Below, piece by piece: positions 13,022-22,726 of a DNA stretch of 64,000 nt. The stretch spans positions 8,399 through 72,398 of the IMG/VR virus record IMGVR_UViG_3300047275_000752; one strand, given 5' to 3'. Numbering within the stretch: position 1 is the stretch's first letter; each line of letters starts with the position of its first letter. Below the pieces are notes generated by a model. That model was not told where the DNA came from and made no database searches. It saw only the letters and a program-made list of their open reading frames with translations. A program made the translations under genes and the position numbers. This stretch comes from a virus (lineage: Duplodnaviria; Caudoviricetes).

Positions 13022-14623
13022 ATGCGTTTACATCTGATCGGCATATTCCACACACAACACAAGCAATCATTTAGCCATTGTGCATTTACTGGCAAGGCCT
13101 TGCGTTTTCCCAAGATGCTACAAGCCTATGGCTGGGAAGTCATTGAATATAGCAATGAGGGCTCTGAAAGCACTGCTGAAGAAAAAGTAGTAATCATCAC
13201 TGAAAAAGAATTCAACGAATTGTATGGATCCCGCAGGGAATCTGACTTCTTTGGTAACCATGCGACACTAGGTAGCGATGGCCATCAGCTATTTGAGGGA
13301 CGACTTATCAGCGAAATGTATTCGCGAGTAAAGCCTGGTGATATCATTTGCCATCCATTTGGTCATGCTCACCAGTGCCTGATGGATATCTTTAAAAACA
13401 ATCGGCATGTAGAGACTGGTATCGGCTATCCAACATTGATGCCCAACAGCTTTAGAATATTTGAAAGCTATGCATGGATGCATTACCACCAAGGAAAAGA
13501 AAACAGGAACGGGCGTAATTACGAATGGGTAGTTCCGAACTACTATGACCTGGATGACTGGAAACCAAAGTACAAGCATGGCGAATATTTTGCATTCCTT
13601 GGACGTATAACCAGTCTGAAAGGTATTGATACCATCAGGGCAATCGCTGATTACAGTGAGTACCCGATTGTGCTGCATGGTCAAGGCGACCCGTCTCAAT
13701 GGCAGCATCCGATGATTGATTATCGAGGGCCTATTAGCGGTCAAGAGCGCAGCAAGTTCCTGGGAGGCGCTAGGGCACTACTTGCTCCCACAGTATTTAC
13801 TGAGCCATTCTGCGGTATGGCAGTGGAAGCAATGCTGTGTGGTACGCCGGTAATTTCTGTCGATTACGGGGCTATGACCGAGACTGTACAGCCTGGCATG
13901 GGCTTCCGTTGTCACACGTTACAAGACTGGCTTGATGCTCTTGACGATGTATCAACTTTAAATCGAGTCTACATTGCAAAAACTGCTCGCTCAAAATACA
14001 GTCTACAGGCCTGCGGCGCTAAATATGACAAGATATTTAAGCAATTAAGCGACCTCGACAAGCGCGGATGGTATGAGGTTAATCGAATCAATTTCCATGA
14101 TATAAAAACGGAGGAGGGTCCGTTTGCTAAGAGACTGGCGGAATGGATTGATGATGAATACGAACCATTCGATTTGCTAGACATTGGTTGTGGACCTGGT
14201 ATTTATGTTGATGCAATACGTGAAAGAGGCATCGACGCTATTGGCATTGACATTGATCCAAGGATCAAAAACAAAAGATTCGTATTTCAAGAATCGATTT
14301 TTGAGACAAATAAGAAGGCACAACTTGTGCTATGCCTTGAAGTCGCTGAGCACATCGAAAACGAATTATCCGATGATTTAGTGCGATCTGTCGTAAATTG
14401 CATCAAACCGGGCGGTAGCTTGATCTGGTCCGCTGCTCAGCCTGGCCAAGGAGGCATAGGGCATATCAACTGTCAGCCGCCTGATTTCTGGATGAGGAAA
14501 TTCCTGGATCATGGATTAACCTGGAATATCAACAAAGAGCAAGCGGCTAAAGCTTTTGCTAAAAGCGGTTATCACATGGGTTGGTTCTACAATAACGTTA
14601 TGATTTTTGATAAACTGATCTAG
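13022..14623 (+). CDS. GT-B (GT4-like) glycosyltransferase fused to a class I SAM methyltransferase
   Basis: FLGRITSLKG and EPFCGMAVEAMLCGTPVI (GT4 EX7E-type motif); C-terminal LLDIGCGPG and CLEVAEH. Confidence 0.8.
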   Translation: MRLHLIGIFHTQHKQSFSHCAFTGKALRFPKMLQAYGWEVIEYSNEGSESTAEEKVVIITEKEFNELYGSRRESDFFGNHATLGSDGHQLFEGRLISEMYSRVKPGDIICHPFGHAHQCLMDIFKNNRHVETGIGYPTLMPNSFRIFESYAWMHYHQGKENRNGRNYEWVVPNYYDLDDWKPKYKHGEYFAFLGRITSLKGIDTIRAIADYSEYPIVLHGQGDPSQWQHPMIDYRGPISGQERSKFLGGARALLAPTVFTEPFCGMAVEAMLCGTPVISVDYGAMTETVQPGMGFRCHTLQDWLDALDDVSTLNRVYIAKTARSKYSLQACGAKYDKIFKQLSDLDKRGWYEVNRINFHDIKTEEGPFAKRLAEWIDDEYEPFDLLDIGCGPGIYVDAIRERGIDAIGIDIDPRIKNKRFVFQESIFETNKKAQLVLCLEVAEHIENELSDDLVRSVVNCIKPGGSLIWSAAQPGQGGIGHINCQPPDFWMRKFLDHGLTWNINKEQAAKAFAKSGYHMGWFYNNVMIFDKLI

Positions 14624-14650
14624 GAAACCTAGCAAGATGCTGGCACCGCA

Positions 14651-17600
14651 GTGATTTTATCCTCTTCTGATGTCTACTCTCTGTTTACTAGGGATCCTAT
14701 TGTTAGTGCGATTGCGACTGTCAGGATAGTAAAAGGTCGGCCGGCTTTAGAAGCAGGCAGTGGTGTCTATATCTATATTCAGGAATACCCGATTGTCCAG
14801 GAGTTCACGGCAACCTGGCCGATGTGGATTGTCGACTATGACGAGGAGCCACTCGACGTTGTTTTAAGTCAGATCAAAAAGTTAGTACCAAACTTCCAGA
14901 TAACAAAAACTGGTGCATTCATACATGCAAGCACTACTGATTTAAGGATAGAAAACACAAAAACCAAGCCCAAGCAGAAACTGCCAGATAGGTTAACTAT
15001 TGATCTGAACGAAAAATTTAGGGAGCTGCAGCAATCAATAGAAGACCGAATGCTGTTAGTTGGCCCTGGCCGGGCTGGCAGGGATGGCCGGGATGGGCCT
15101 CCAGGTAAAGACGGAAGAGACGGTCAAGATGGCCGAGACGGCAAAGACTTGCAAGCGACCGATGTTGAACTCGGTGATCTAAAGGATGTTTTTGTTTCTG
15201 ACGCAAAGAATCGTCAATTCTTGATGTATGATGGATCTTCATGGATCCCTAGCTTTGTTCCTCAAATAATTAAGAGCAGTGCCGCAGGCGGCGTAGATGC
15301 CGATATGGTTCGGCAGATCTGTGGCATTGATCAGACTGGCGAACCAATGGGTCACGCCAATAAGTTAGACAGCGCAATTACTTTTAATAATACCACCAGG
15401 ACTTTTACGATAGCACCTGTAGCGTCTAGCTTTGATGTATGGGTCAAGGGAATCAAGTTTACCTATACAGAAGCGCAAAGCGTTCAGATTCCAGACGAAT
15501 CCGATTTGTATTATATCTATTTTGATTCCAATGGTGATATTGGCTATCAAACGTCATTCTTTGTTTGGGATAGTCAGGCATTTACTTCATACATCTATTG
15601 GAACGCCGCCGAAGGTGTTGCTACATATTTTGGCGATGAGCGCCATGGTATCGTACTTGACTGGCAGACGCATGAATATTTGCACCGGACGCGTGGTGCA
15701 TCACTTGCCAGTGGTTTTGGTATTCAAAATTACACAGTAACTGGTGACGGATCAGTTGATGCCCATGCCCAAATTGAAATTTTAAATGGTACATTTTTTG
15801 ATGAAGATCAGCAAATTGATATCACGCATTCTGCCACTCCTGTCCCGCAGACATGGCAACAGCAACTAATTGGTCCAGCAAGGATACCTGTTGCTTACCA
15901 CACAAATAATGGCTGGACTGTTAATGCAGCAACTGACTTTCCGGTAAAGACCAGTGGCGGTCAACCTGTTTACAACTTAAACACTTCAGGGGCGTGGAGT
16001 CTTGCCAATGTAGACGAGAACAAGTATTTTCACGTATTTATTGTTGCTACTCACAATCTAGGAAATCCTGTTATTTCTGTTCTTGGTCAACGGCAAGATA
16101 CAAACATTAGCAATGCCAGGGGGTATACGTGGGATAATCTGAATTTGCTAGATTTCCCGTCGCTTGAATTCAGGCCACTTTATCATTTGATATATCAGCA
16201 TGGTGCATATGGAAACACAGTAAATGCCAGACTAAGGGAAGTCGTTGATATCAGGTATTCTAGTATCGGAACATTCGCATCAGGGCTAATTGGTCAGAGT
16301 GGCGCGACTGGGGCCACGGGCGTTCAGGGTGATGTTGGAGCAACTGGGCTTACAGGCAACACTGGAGACATAGGTGCCACTGGCCCGCAGGGTGATGCTT
16401 TTGATTTGAATTATCAAGGGGTCTGGAGTAGCGCTACTGCATATCTTGCATTTCAGAGTGTCAGCTATAGCAATAGCATATGGCTATCAACTAGATCTAC
16501 CACTAACGAGCAACCTGGAACCAATGATGCCTGGGCGTCAATTGCTGCACAAGGGGCTCAAGGGCCTACCGGTCCTCAGGGACCGATTGGCTTTGATGGC
16601 GCTACTGGGCCGCAAGGTGTTGGCGAAATTGGAGCTACTGGTGCTACTGGGCCGATCGGTCAGCAGGGGCCGCAGGGCCCAGCCGGTGCTGATGGGCAAG
16701 ATGGTATCCAGGGCCCACCGGGTCCAAATATCAATTTCCAGGGATCTGTCCAGGCAGTATCTGATTTGCCTTTGGGTGCCTCTGTTGGTGATGCATATAC
16801 GGTTGCAAACGAAGGTTTTTCGATTTATGTATGGAATGGAACTTCTTGGGTTGATGGAGGTCCGCTTCAAGGTCCGCAGGGTATCCAGGGTCCAGCGGGT
16901 CCAGTCGGCCCTCAAGGCGCCGCTGGTGCAACCGGTGCAACTGGTGTTGCAGGACCGCAGGGCAGTCCAGGTCCCGCTGGAGGCAGCTTTCTGGCAGCCA
17001 GGCTTTCCCTGACGATTAACTCTAGTACGACTAGCCTTACTATTTCGACAACTCAGGAGTGGCCGCTGATACCGGCCGATGTTGCTCAGTACAAAATACT
17101 GATCGATAATGAAATAATGAATGTTACGGCCACATCCGGCACGTACGGCAACTTGCAGTTAACAGTATCTAGAGCGCAGCTAGGGACCAGCGCAAGTGCT
17201 CACAATAAAAATGCTCTTGTATATCTTCGCCAGATTTTACCATTGCCTGGTGCTACTGGTGCGACTGGCGCAGTAGGCGCTACTGGCGCAACCGGCGTTG
17301 GCGCAACAGGTGCTACTGGTGCTATTGGGGCAACTGGTCCTGCAGGCAGCAGCAGTATTAGCCCCGTAAGATTGCAGGAAGTTCAGATGACATCATCCCT
17401 GGCAAGTAATGCATCTGCCGACTTGCTATTCACCTCTTTGAATGGTATTGGTACATTTGTTTCTGTTCAGGTGTCAAAGCCTGCTTGGGTTAGATTTTAT
17501 ACAACCGCTTCTGAACGCACAAGTGATGCCGCCAGGTTAATGACAGTTGATCCTGCACTCGGGTCTGGTGTACTGCTTGAAGTAGCAACAACAACACAAA

Positions 17601-17749
17601 ATCAGACCGTTAAGATCACTCCTGCGACAGGTTACTATAATGGTGATTCACCTATTGACAGTAAAATATACGCTTCCGTCAAAAATCTAAGTGCTACTAA
17701 TGAGGTTATTTCAGTTACACTGACGGTTGTCACCTTTGGCGCTACTTAA
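14651..17749 (+). CDS. Multidomain collagen-repeat tail fibre/virion protein, 1032 aa
   Basis: GRDG, GAT and GPQ triplet blocks alternating with globular domains. Confidence 0.7.
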   Translation: MILSSSDVYSLFTRDPIVSAIATVRIVKGRPALEAGSGVYIYIQEYPIVQEFTATWPMWIVDYDEEPLDVVLSQIKKLVPNFQITKTGAFIHASTTDLRIENTKTKPKQKLPDRLTIDLNEKFRELQQSIEDRMLLVGPGRAGRDGRDGPPGKDGRDGQDGRDGKDLQATDVELGDLKDVFVSDAKNRQFLMYDGSSWIPSFVPQIIKSSAAGGVDADMVRQICGIDQTGEPMGHANKLDSAITFNNTTRTFTIAPVASSFDVWVKGIKFTYTEAQSVQIPDESDLYYIYFDSNGDIGYQTSFFVWDSQAFTSYIYWNAAEGVATYFGDERHGIVLDWQTHEYLHRTRGASLASGFGIQNYTVTGDGSVDAHAQIEILNGTFFDEDQQIDITHSATPVPQTWQQQLIGPARIPVAYHTNNGWTVNAATDFPVKTSGGQPVYNLNTSGAWSLANVDENKYFHVFIVATHNLGNPVISVLGQRQDTNISNARGYTWDNLNLLDFPSLEFRPLYHLIYQHGAYGNTVNARLREVVDIRYSSIGTFASGLIGQSGATGATGVQGDVGATGLTGNTGDIGATGPQGDAFDLNYQGVWSSATAYLAFQSVSYSNSIWLSTRSTTNEQPGTNDAWASIAAQGAQGPTGPQGPIGFDGATGPQGVGEIGATGATGPIGQQGPQGPAGADGQDGIQGPPGPNINFQGSVQAVSDLPLGASVGDAYTVANEGFSIYVWNGTSWVDGGPLQGPQGIQGPAGPVGPQGAAGATGATGVAGPQGSPGPAGGSFLAARLSLTINSSTTSLTISTTQEWPLIPADVAQYKILIDNEIMNVTATSGTYGNLQLTVSRAQLGTSASAHNKNALVYLRQILPLPGATGATGAVGATGATGVGATGATGAIGATGPAGSSSISPVRLQEVQMTSSLASNASADLLFTSLNGIGTFVSVQVSKPAWVRFYTTASERTSDAARLMTVDPALGSGVLLEVATTTQNQTVKITPATGYYNGDSPIDSKIYASVKNLSATNEVISVTLTVVTFGAT

Positions 17750-17788
17750 CCTGCTTGCAGGTAAACTAATTGAAGATTATCGCCTGGC

Positions 17789-18634
17789 ATGGTTTACAAT
17801 TTATACTATCAATATGGTCCAGTCTTTGGTTCTAATAGTAATTACACTCCAATTCTTGATTATCATTATGGTACATTTCTGCCTACTCGTGGGTGGGATG
17901 TTAACGTTCAGTCTGGCATTTTATATGGAAATGCTAGTTCTACTCAATACTACTGGTATCACAAAGATTTCACAACACTAACTGGTACTACTATATCTGA
18001 ACATACATTGCAGACATGGACACCGTCGCTTCAGGATATGTTTGTATATGACACTACCTTGAGTCCACCTAATTATACAACGGGAGCTGTTCAAGCGAAC
18101 TGGGATAACAGAAAACAATTCTATAGTGATCTTAGTGTTAGTTTTGCACCTGGCAGTGCTCAGTGGTGGGTTAATGATACAGATAACTCTTGGTTTGTTA
18201 TATGCGGCGCCAGGTTAATGGCCCTTGAGATGCCATCAGGCGGCTATGTCGATAGAGGCAACATGACTATTTCTTCAACATTATGCGGACCACTTAGAAT
18301 GGGATGGTTTCCAGATGCTGCTAGCATCGCAGCTCCATTTATGTCAAATACTGTAGGTACCCCAATCCAAATAGTCAGCGGAATATTGCCAACAAGCAAA
18401 ATTCTAACAAGGGCCAGTGATCTTGTCGCGATTGCTAGTGACCATATTTACTGGATCGGAAGTCCCGTTGATATTTTGCAAAAATGGCATTCTGGTAGTA
18501 ACCTTGTGGCTCCTCAGAATGTTGCCGTGACAGTTACTCAAATAGGTTCTAATTTCTACTTTGATACTGGTGGCAACAGTAATTATGGGTTATTATTCAA
18601 CGTAGGAACAACTGAACCTGCGTTTGTGCCTTAA
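17789..18634 (+). CDS. Hypothetical (likely virion) protein, 281 aa
   Basis: Aromatic/T/S-rich ORF preceded by GGTAAACTA. Confidence 0.5.
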   Translation: MVYNLYYQYGPVFGSNSNYTPILDYHYGTFLPTRGWDVNVQSGILYGNASSTQYYWYHKDFTTLTGTTISEHTLQTWTPSLQDMFVYDTTLSPPNYTTGAVQANWDNRKQFYSDLSVSFAPGSAQWWVNDTDNSWFVICGARLMALEMPSGGYVDRGNMTISSTLCGPLRMGWFPDAASIAAPFMSNTVGTPIQIVSGILPTSKILTRASDLVAIASDHIYWIGSPVDILQKWHSGSNLVAPQNVAVTVTQIGSNFYFDTGGNSNYGLLFNVGTTEPAFVP

Positions 18635-18657
18635 CGTATTCACCTTCCTGATCAAAG

Positions 18658-18849
18658 ATGCCTAGCCTAGTAATTCCAGCCGGTAACGTTGACACCAACG
18701 TAGGTGGCGACTATGATCTGAATAATCAATACAGGCCTATCAGTACTTACATACTGTATTCTATCCTTGATCAAATCATCTTAGCGTCTGGCCGAACCCT
18801 AGTAACCCGCCCCACTAGCGGTATGATATACCCGAGAAGAAACTCTTAA
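18658..18849 (+). CDS. Hypothetical protein, 63 aa
   Basis: ORF in operon context. Confidence 0.4.
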   Translation: MPSLVIPAGNVDTNVGGDYDLNNQYRPISTYILYSILDQIILASGRTLVTRPTSGMIYPRRNS

Positions 18850-18929
18850 GATTGGAATACTAAAAAGAATCGCGCCACTACTCTACGGGGCGGGTTCTGT
18901 AACACCTCTCATTAATAAGGAGAATTCAA

Positions 18930-19280
18930 ATGGCTGCTCGTTCTAGTGGTGTGTTCCCCAGGGAAAAGTTTGACCTGGATGCCGCCCTGGCTGTCACCGC
19001 AACCTCGGCTGCTGCTGCTATTGACCTCAAGTCGATCAATACCATCCGCGTGGTTGTGATTGGCGCCGCTGGCGTCGACAATGCTGGCACCAACAAGATC
19101 ACCGTTAATGTTGGCGGTGAGTCGGTTGTGTTCAATGCGAATGATCTGGATGCCAATGGTGTGGGCATTGCTCATATCCGTGGCTCCCTGTGCGACGCCA
19201 GCAACAACGTTGACTACGATCTCGGAGGCACTGCTACCCTGGTTGGGTGCTATATCGACGCCGTCGACAACGTTGGCTGA
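18930..19280 (+). CDS. Putative capsid decoration/minor head protein, 116 aa
   Basis: AAGGAG RBS, capsid-like codon bias, A/V/G-rich beta-type sequence, terminator behind. Confidence 0.5.
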   Translation: MAARSSGVFPREKFDLDAALAVTATSAAAAIDLKSINTIRVVVIGAAGVDNAGTNKITVNVGGESVVFNANDLDANGVGIAHIRGSLCDASNNVDYDLGGTATLVGCYIDAVDNVG

Positions 19281-19303
19281 TAAAATCAGCTAATCGGAAT
19301 AAT

Positions 19304-19332
19304 AAGGGGTGACGCAAATCACCCCTTTTGTT
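19304..19332 (+). terminator. Intrinsic terminator-like hairpin
   Basis: AAGGGGTGA-CGCAAA-TCACCCCTT + TTGTT. Confidence 0.65.
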
Positions 19333-19627
<295 letters not shown>

Positions 19628-19635
<8 letters not shown>

Positions 19636-19813
19636 ATTCGTTTACTTGACCGGACCAAGGATACTTGAAGACGGCAAAAATCTGGATCGGGATTTTCGCG
19701 GAGGGCATCCTAGGACTGCTCATCGCGAAATAACCGATCCAGTAAGTGACGGCAGTCTTGGCCCTCCTGGATACGAGCCAGGCCAGAAGAATTTGGATGG
19801 TTCTGATCTGTAA
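19628..19813 (+). CDS. Hypothetical protein, 61 aa
   Basis: ATG overlaps previous gene end. Confidence 0.45.
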
Positions 19814-19842
19814 GGAACACTATCTGTAGTGCAGATCAGGCC

Positions 19843-19965
19843 ATGCCTCTCCCTTATGTTACTGCAAAGGCGACCGGCAAGGCGAAGAGCCCTGGCGGTC
19901 GGACCAAAAGCAATGGTGCCATGACCAAGAAAACAAATTCTCGCAAGAAGGGCAGTAAGAAGTAA
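19843..19965 (+). CDS. Small Lys-rich protein, 40 aa (not in ORF track)
   Basis: MPLPYVTAKATGKAKSPGG...KKGSKK; preceded by GGAACACTA; stop overlaps next ATG. Confidence 0.5.
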   Translation: MPLPYVTAKATGKAKSPGGRTKSNGAMTKKTNSRKKGSKK

Positions 19966-20267
19966 TGGCACAAAAGAAGCGTAGCACTGCTGATTTTTAC
20001 GCCAAAAATCCAGAAAGTTACAAGAAAAAATTGGCGTACGATAAAAAGCGGAATGCTAGACCTGATCGGAAAGATTACAGGGCTGAGTTAGCTCGTGAGC
20101 GCAGGGCAAGGGGTATAATGGGCAAAGGTGGTCCAGACTTATCCCACACTTCCGGGGGAGGATTCAAGCTTGAAAATCCCAGTAAAAATAGGGCCAGGAA
20201 TGGTCATGGCGACAATCCTAGGCTTGCATCGGGTAAAGGCACTAGGAAGCAAAAGAAAAGGAGCTAG
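19965..20267 (+). CDS. Basic protein with HNH-like remnant
   Basis: K/R-rich; DLSH...ENPSKNRARN resembles a reduced HNH motif. Confidence 0.45.
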   Translation: MAQKKRSTADFYAKNPESYKKKLAYDKKRNARPDRKDYRAELARERRARGIMGKGGPDLSHTSGGGFKLENPSKNRARNGHGDNPRLASGKGTRKQKKRS

Positions 20268-20271
20268 AAAA

Positions 20272-20589
20272 GTGTCTGACGATCAAACGCAGCGAGTAAT
20301 CCTTAGGCTTATTTTCTGTGTATATGGCTACATGATGGCAATGGCAAGCGCCAATGTGATCCATTGCGAATTCAAGGACAGTCAGTCCTGCAGTCAGGAA
20401 TGGGCGCAGGCATTTACAATTAGCAGTGGCGCGGCCACGACATTGTGGGCTTATATTACTGATAATCCAATTCAATCTTCCAGGAAATCTGCTGAATCCA
20501 GGAACTTGCCAACTGGACAGCCTGATCCGCAAACAGGTGGTGCGACTAGTGGTGCTAGCAGCGGAACAAGACAGAGGCGTCGCCAGTAA
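20272..20589 (+). CDS. Membrane protein (holin candidate)
   Basis: GTG start with AAGGAG RBS; two hydrophobic segments; upstream of endolysin. Confidence 0.45.
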   Translation: MSDDQTQRVILRLIFCVYGYMMAMASANVIHCEFKDSQSCSQEWAQAFTISSGAATTLWAYITDNPIQSSRKSAESRNLPTGQPDPQTGGATSGASSGTRQRRRQ

Positions 20590-20624
20590 TTAGGTAAACT
20601 AAAAACGCACCATAGGGTATCCCA

Positions 20625-20897
20625 ATGGACGAATCACGTGGGGTATCCCATGAGGATATCTATCATCGGCTAGGATCACTTGAGGGCAAGCTAGACGCGG
20701 CCATCACAAAAATGACTGACTTCAAGCGCGACCTTGATACGTGTTATGGTCGTATCAGGACTTTAGAAGCCCACTTAAACAAAGCAGTTGGTATTGCTAT
20801 CGTGCTTAGTATTATAATTCCTGTTGGATTAAATATGTTTACAAGCAATTACCACCTGCATTTTTCTAACCAACAAGATCAGCCGCGTATCAGGTAA
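20625..20897 (+). CDS. Coiled-coil protein with C-terminal TM (lysis-associated candidate)
   Basis: LGSLEGKLD...RIRTLE coil + AVGIAIVLSIIIPVGL. Confidence 0.5.
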   Translation: MDESRGVSHEDIYHRLGSLEGKLDAAITKMTDFKRDLDTCYGRIRTLEAHLNKAVGIAIVLSIIIPVGLNMFTSNYHLHFSNQQDQPRIR

Positions 20898-20921
20898 ACT
20901 ATTGGGCGATTTTGACCCAAT

Positions 20922-22040
20922 ATGTCTGGTGTTTCTACTAGCTGGCACACCATTGCAGTATTAGCTACCAGCGCTGGAGCAAAATATCCAGAGCTGTGTG
21001 CAGCCCAATGGGCGCTAGAGAGTAGCTGGGGATCCAAGCAATCTGGAAAGAATAATTTCTTTGGTTTAAAGGGAAAAGGAACCAATAAGACTACTACCGA
21101 GTATGTGGATGGAAAGCCTGTAACCATAGACGATGAATTTCTTGACTTTAATAGTGCTCAAGAATGTGTAAACTATCTAGTACAAAGATGGTATAAAGAC
21201 TTCGATGGCTATTCCGGTGTCAATCGTGCTAGCTCCAGGGAAGACGCCGCTCGAATGCTGGAATCGGAAGGATATGCAACAGATCCACAGTATGCAGAAA
21301 AGCTGATCAAAATCATGAACTCTAATTCAGTGCCAAGCAAAAGTATTTCACTTAAAGATGCTGCTGCTAATTACAAAAAACTGAAGCATCAGGATGAGGG
21401 GTGGTTGTACTTGCAAAAGACTTTATCGCAAGAAGAACTGTCTAAGTTTGCCTCACTTTACAGGGGCGGTGACTCAGTGGGAACCAGCAAGATCGCCAAT
21501 CCTTTGAAGGTGCCATATTTTTATCAAAGAGATAGTAAGACAGGGCATGGAGAACGGTGTTGCCAGGCATCTGCCATAGCAATGGTTTTGAAGTATTTGA
21601 ACAAAGACTTGATTGTAGATGATGACGACTATCTGAATTTGGTTTTCAGGTATGGCGATACTGTGTCTCAGGCTGCTCATTCCAAGGCATTACAGCATCT
21701 TGGTGTAAAACATAAGTTCTGCAAAAACGGCTCAGAAAAAGATATATTGCGTCTTATCGATAATGGATATCCGGTCCCTCTAGGAATTTTACATAAGGGC
21801 GACTTGAACAATCCGACCGGTGGTGGTCATTATGTGACCATCATTGGTTATGATGACACATACTTTTACGTGCATGATCCTTTTGGTGAACTCAATGTTG
21901 TTGGTGGTGGATACCTCAAGACGAGACCAACTGATGGGCGGTCACAGATGTACACGAGGAAGAATCTGCTGAAACGATGGCTAATTCAGAGCAATTCTGA
22001 TGGATGGTACTGGGATTTAAGTGGTAATGATCTAGCATGA
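20922..22040 (+). CDS. Endolysin: GH73 glucosaminidase + peptidase C39-like domain
   Basis: AAQWALESSWG, NNFFGLKG, GYATDPQY (GH73); YFYQRD, CCQASAIAM, GHYVTIIGYD, VHDPFG (C39-like). Confidence 0.8.
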   Translation: MSGVSTSWHTIAVLATSAGAKYPELCAAQWALESSWGSKQSGKNNFFGLKGKGTNKTTTEYVDGKPVTIDDEFLDFNSAQECVNYLVQRWYKDFDGYSGVNRASSREDAARMLESEGYATDPQYAEKLIKIMNSNSVPSKSISLKDAAANYKKLKHQDEGWLYLQKTLSQEELSKFASLYRGGDSVGTSKIANPLKVPYFYQRDSKTGHGERCCQASAIAMVLKYLNKDLIVDDDDYLNLVFRYGDTVSQAAHSKALQHLGVKHKFCKNGSEKDILRLIDNGYPVPLGILHKGDLNNPTGGGHYVTIIGYDDTYFYVHDPFGELNVVGGGYLKTRPTDGRSQMYTRKNLLKRWLIQSNSDGWYWDLSGNDLA

Positions 22041-22267
22041 ACAAGCAAGTAGTAATCCCATTTTTGCCAGGATACATGTTCAATGGGTACTCCCTTGAAT
22101 CAACTGGTGCAGCATTGCCTCCAACTCAGCATATTCACCCAGACACCGGTGAGGTAATCTATTATGTTAGGCCGTTATTTGCTTTTAGCGGGCCATTTGT
22201 TGGTATGTACATCAGGCACAAAGGAATCATTGAATGGCTTCAATCTATTGAAGGCGAGCTTCTCTAA
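22037..22267 (+). CDS. Hypothetical protein, 76 aa
   Basis: ATGA overlap with endolysin stop. Confidence 0.45.
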   Translation: MNKQVVIPFLPGYMFNGYSLESTGAALPPTQHIHPDTGEVIYYVRPLFAFSGPFVGMYIRHKGIIEWLQSIEGELL

Positions 22268-22726
22268 TCAGACATTAACGCTAATATCATCATCGTCATC
22301 ATCGTCATCATCGCCTGGAACATAGGCCAACCCAGGGATGCTTTCTACTATTTCCCTCATGTAGCTATGTATCATATCTTTGCTCCATTCGCAATCATCG
22401 TAAAGCTTTTGGCTTAGTTCATTTAAGGTCAAGGAATGAGCATTTGTCCAGGCGCCACGAGACAATGCGTCTTCTTTTACTTTTGTCACATGAACTAGTA
22501 TATCTAGTTCATTGCTCAAGTCCTCTTGCTCTATTACTTGCTCAGCGTGATGGACTCGATCTTTGTCGATTAGCCACAGTATCCACTTGAAGATCGATGC
22601 AGTAAATCGAATTGCACCTATCGAGACACTTCCTACTATCTTCAGTGCAAGATTACTGCCTGATTGCATTAGAAACAGGACATTTTCAAAGATACTAGTC
22701 AAGCAATTGTAAAGGCCTGTTCTCAT
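22268..22726 (-). CDS. Hypothetical protein with acidic tail, 152 aa
   Basis: Coupled to dnaB-like gene; poly-D C-terminus. Confidence 0.55.
   Translation of the reverse strand: MRTGLYNCLTSIFENVLFLMQSGSNLALKIVGSVSIGAIRFTASIFKWILWLIDKDRVHHAEQVIEQEDLSNELDILVHVTKVKEDALSRGAWTNAHSLTLNELSQKLYDDCEWSKDMIHSYMREIVESIPGLAYVPGDDDDDDDDDISVNV

Noticed and set aside
15132-15142. GCC-GAGAC-GGC hairpin resembling the head-gene leader motif
   Set aside because: It lies inside GRDG coding repeats, far from any start codon, and is explained by codon content.
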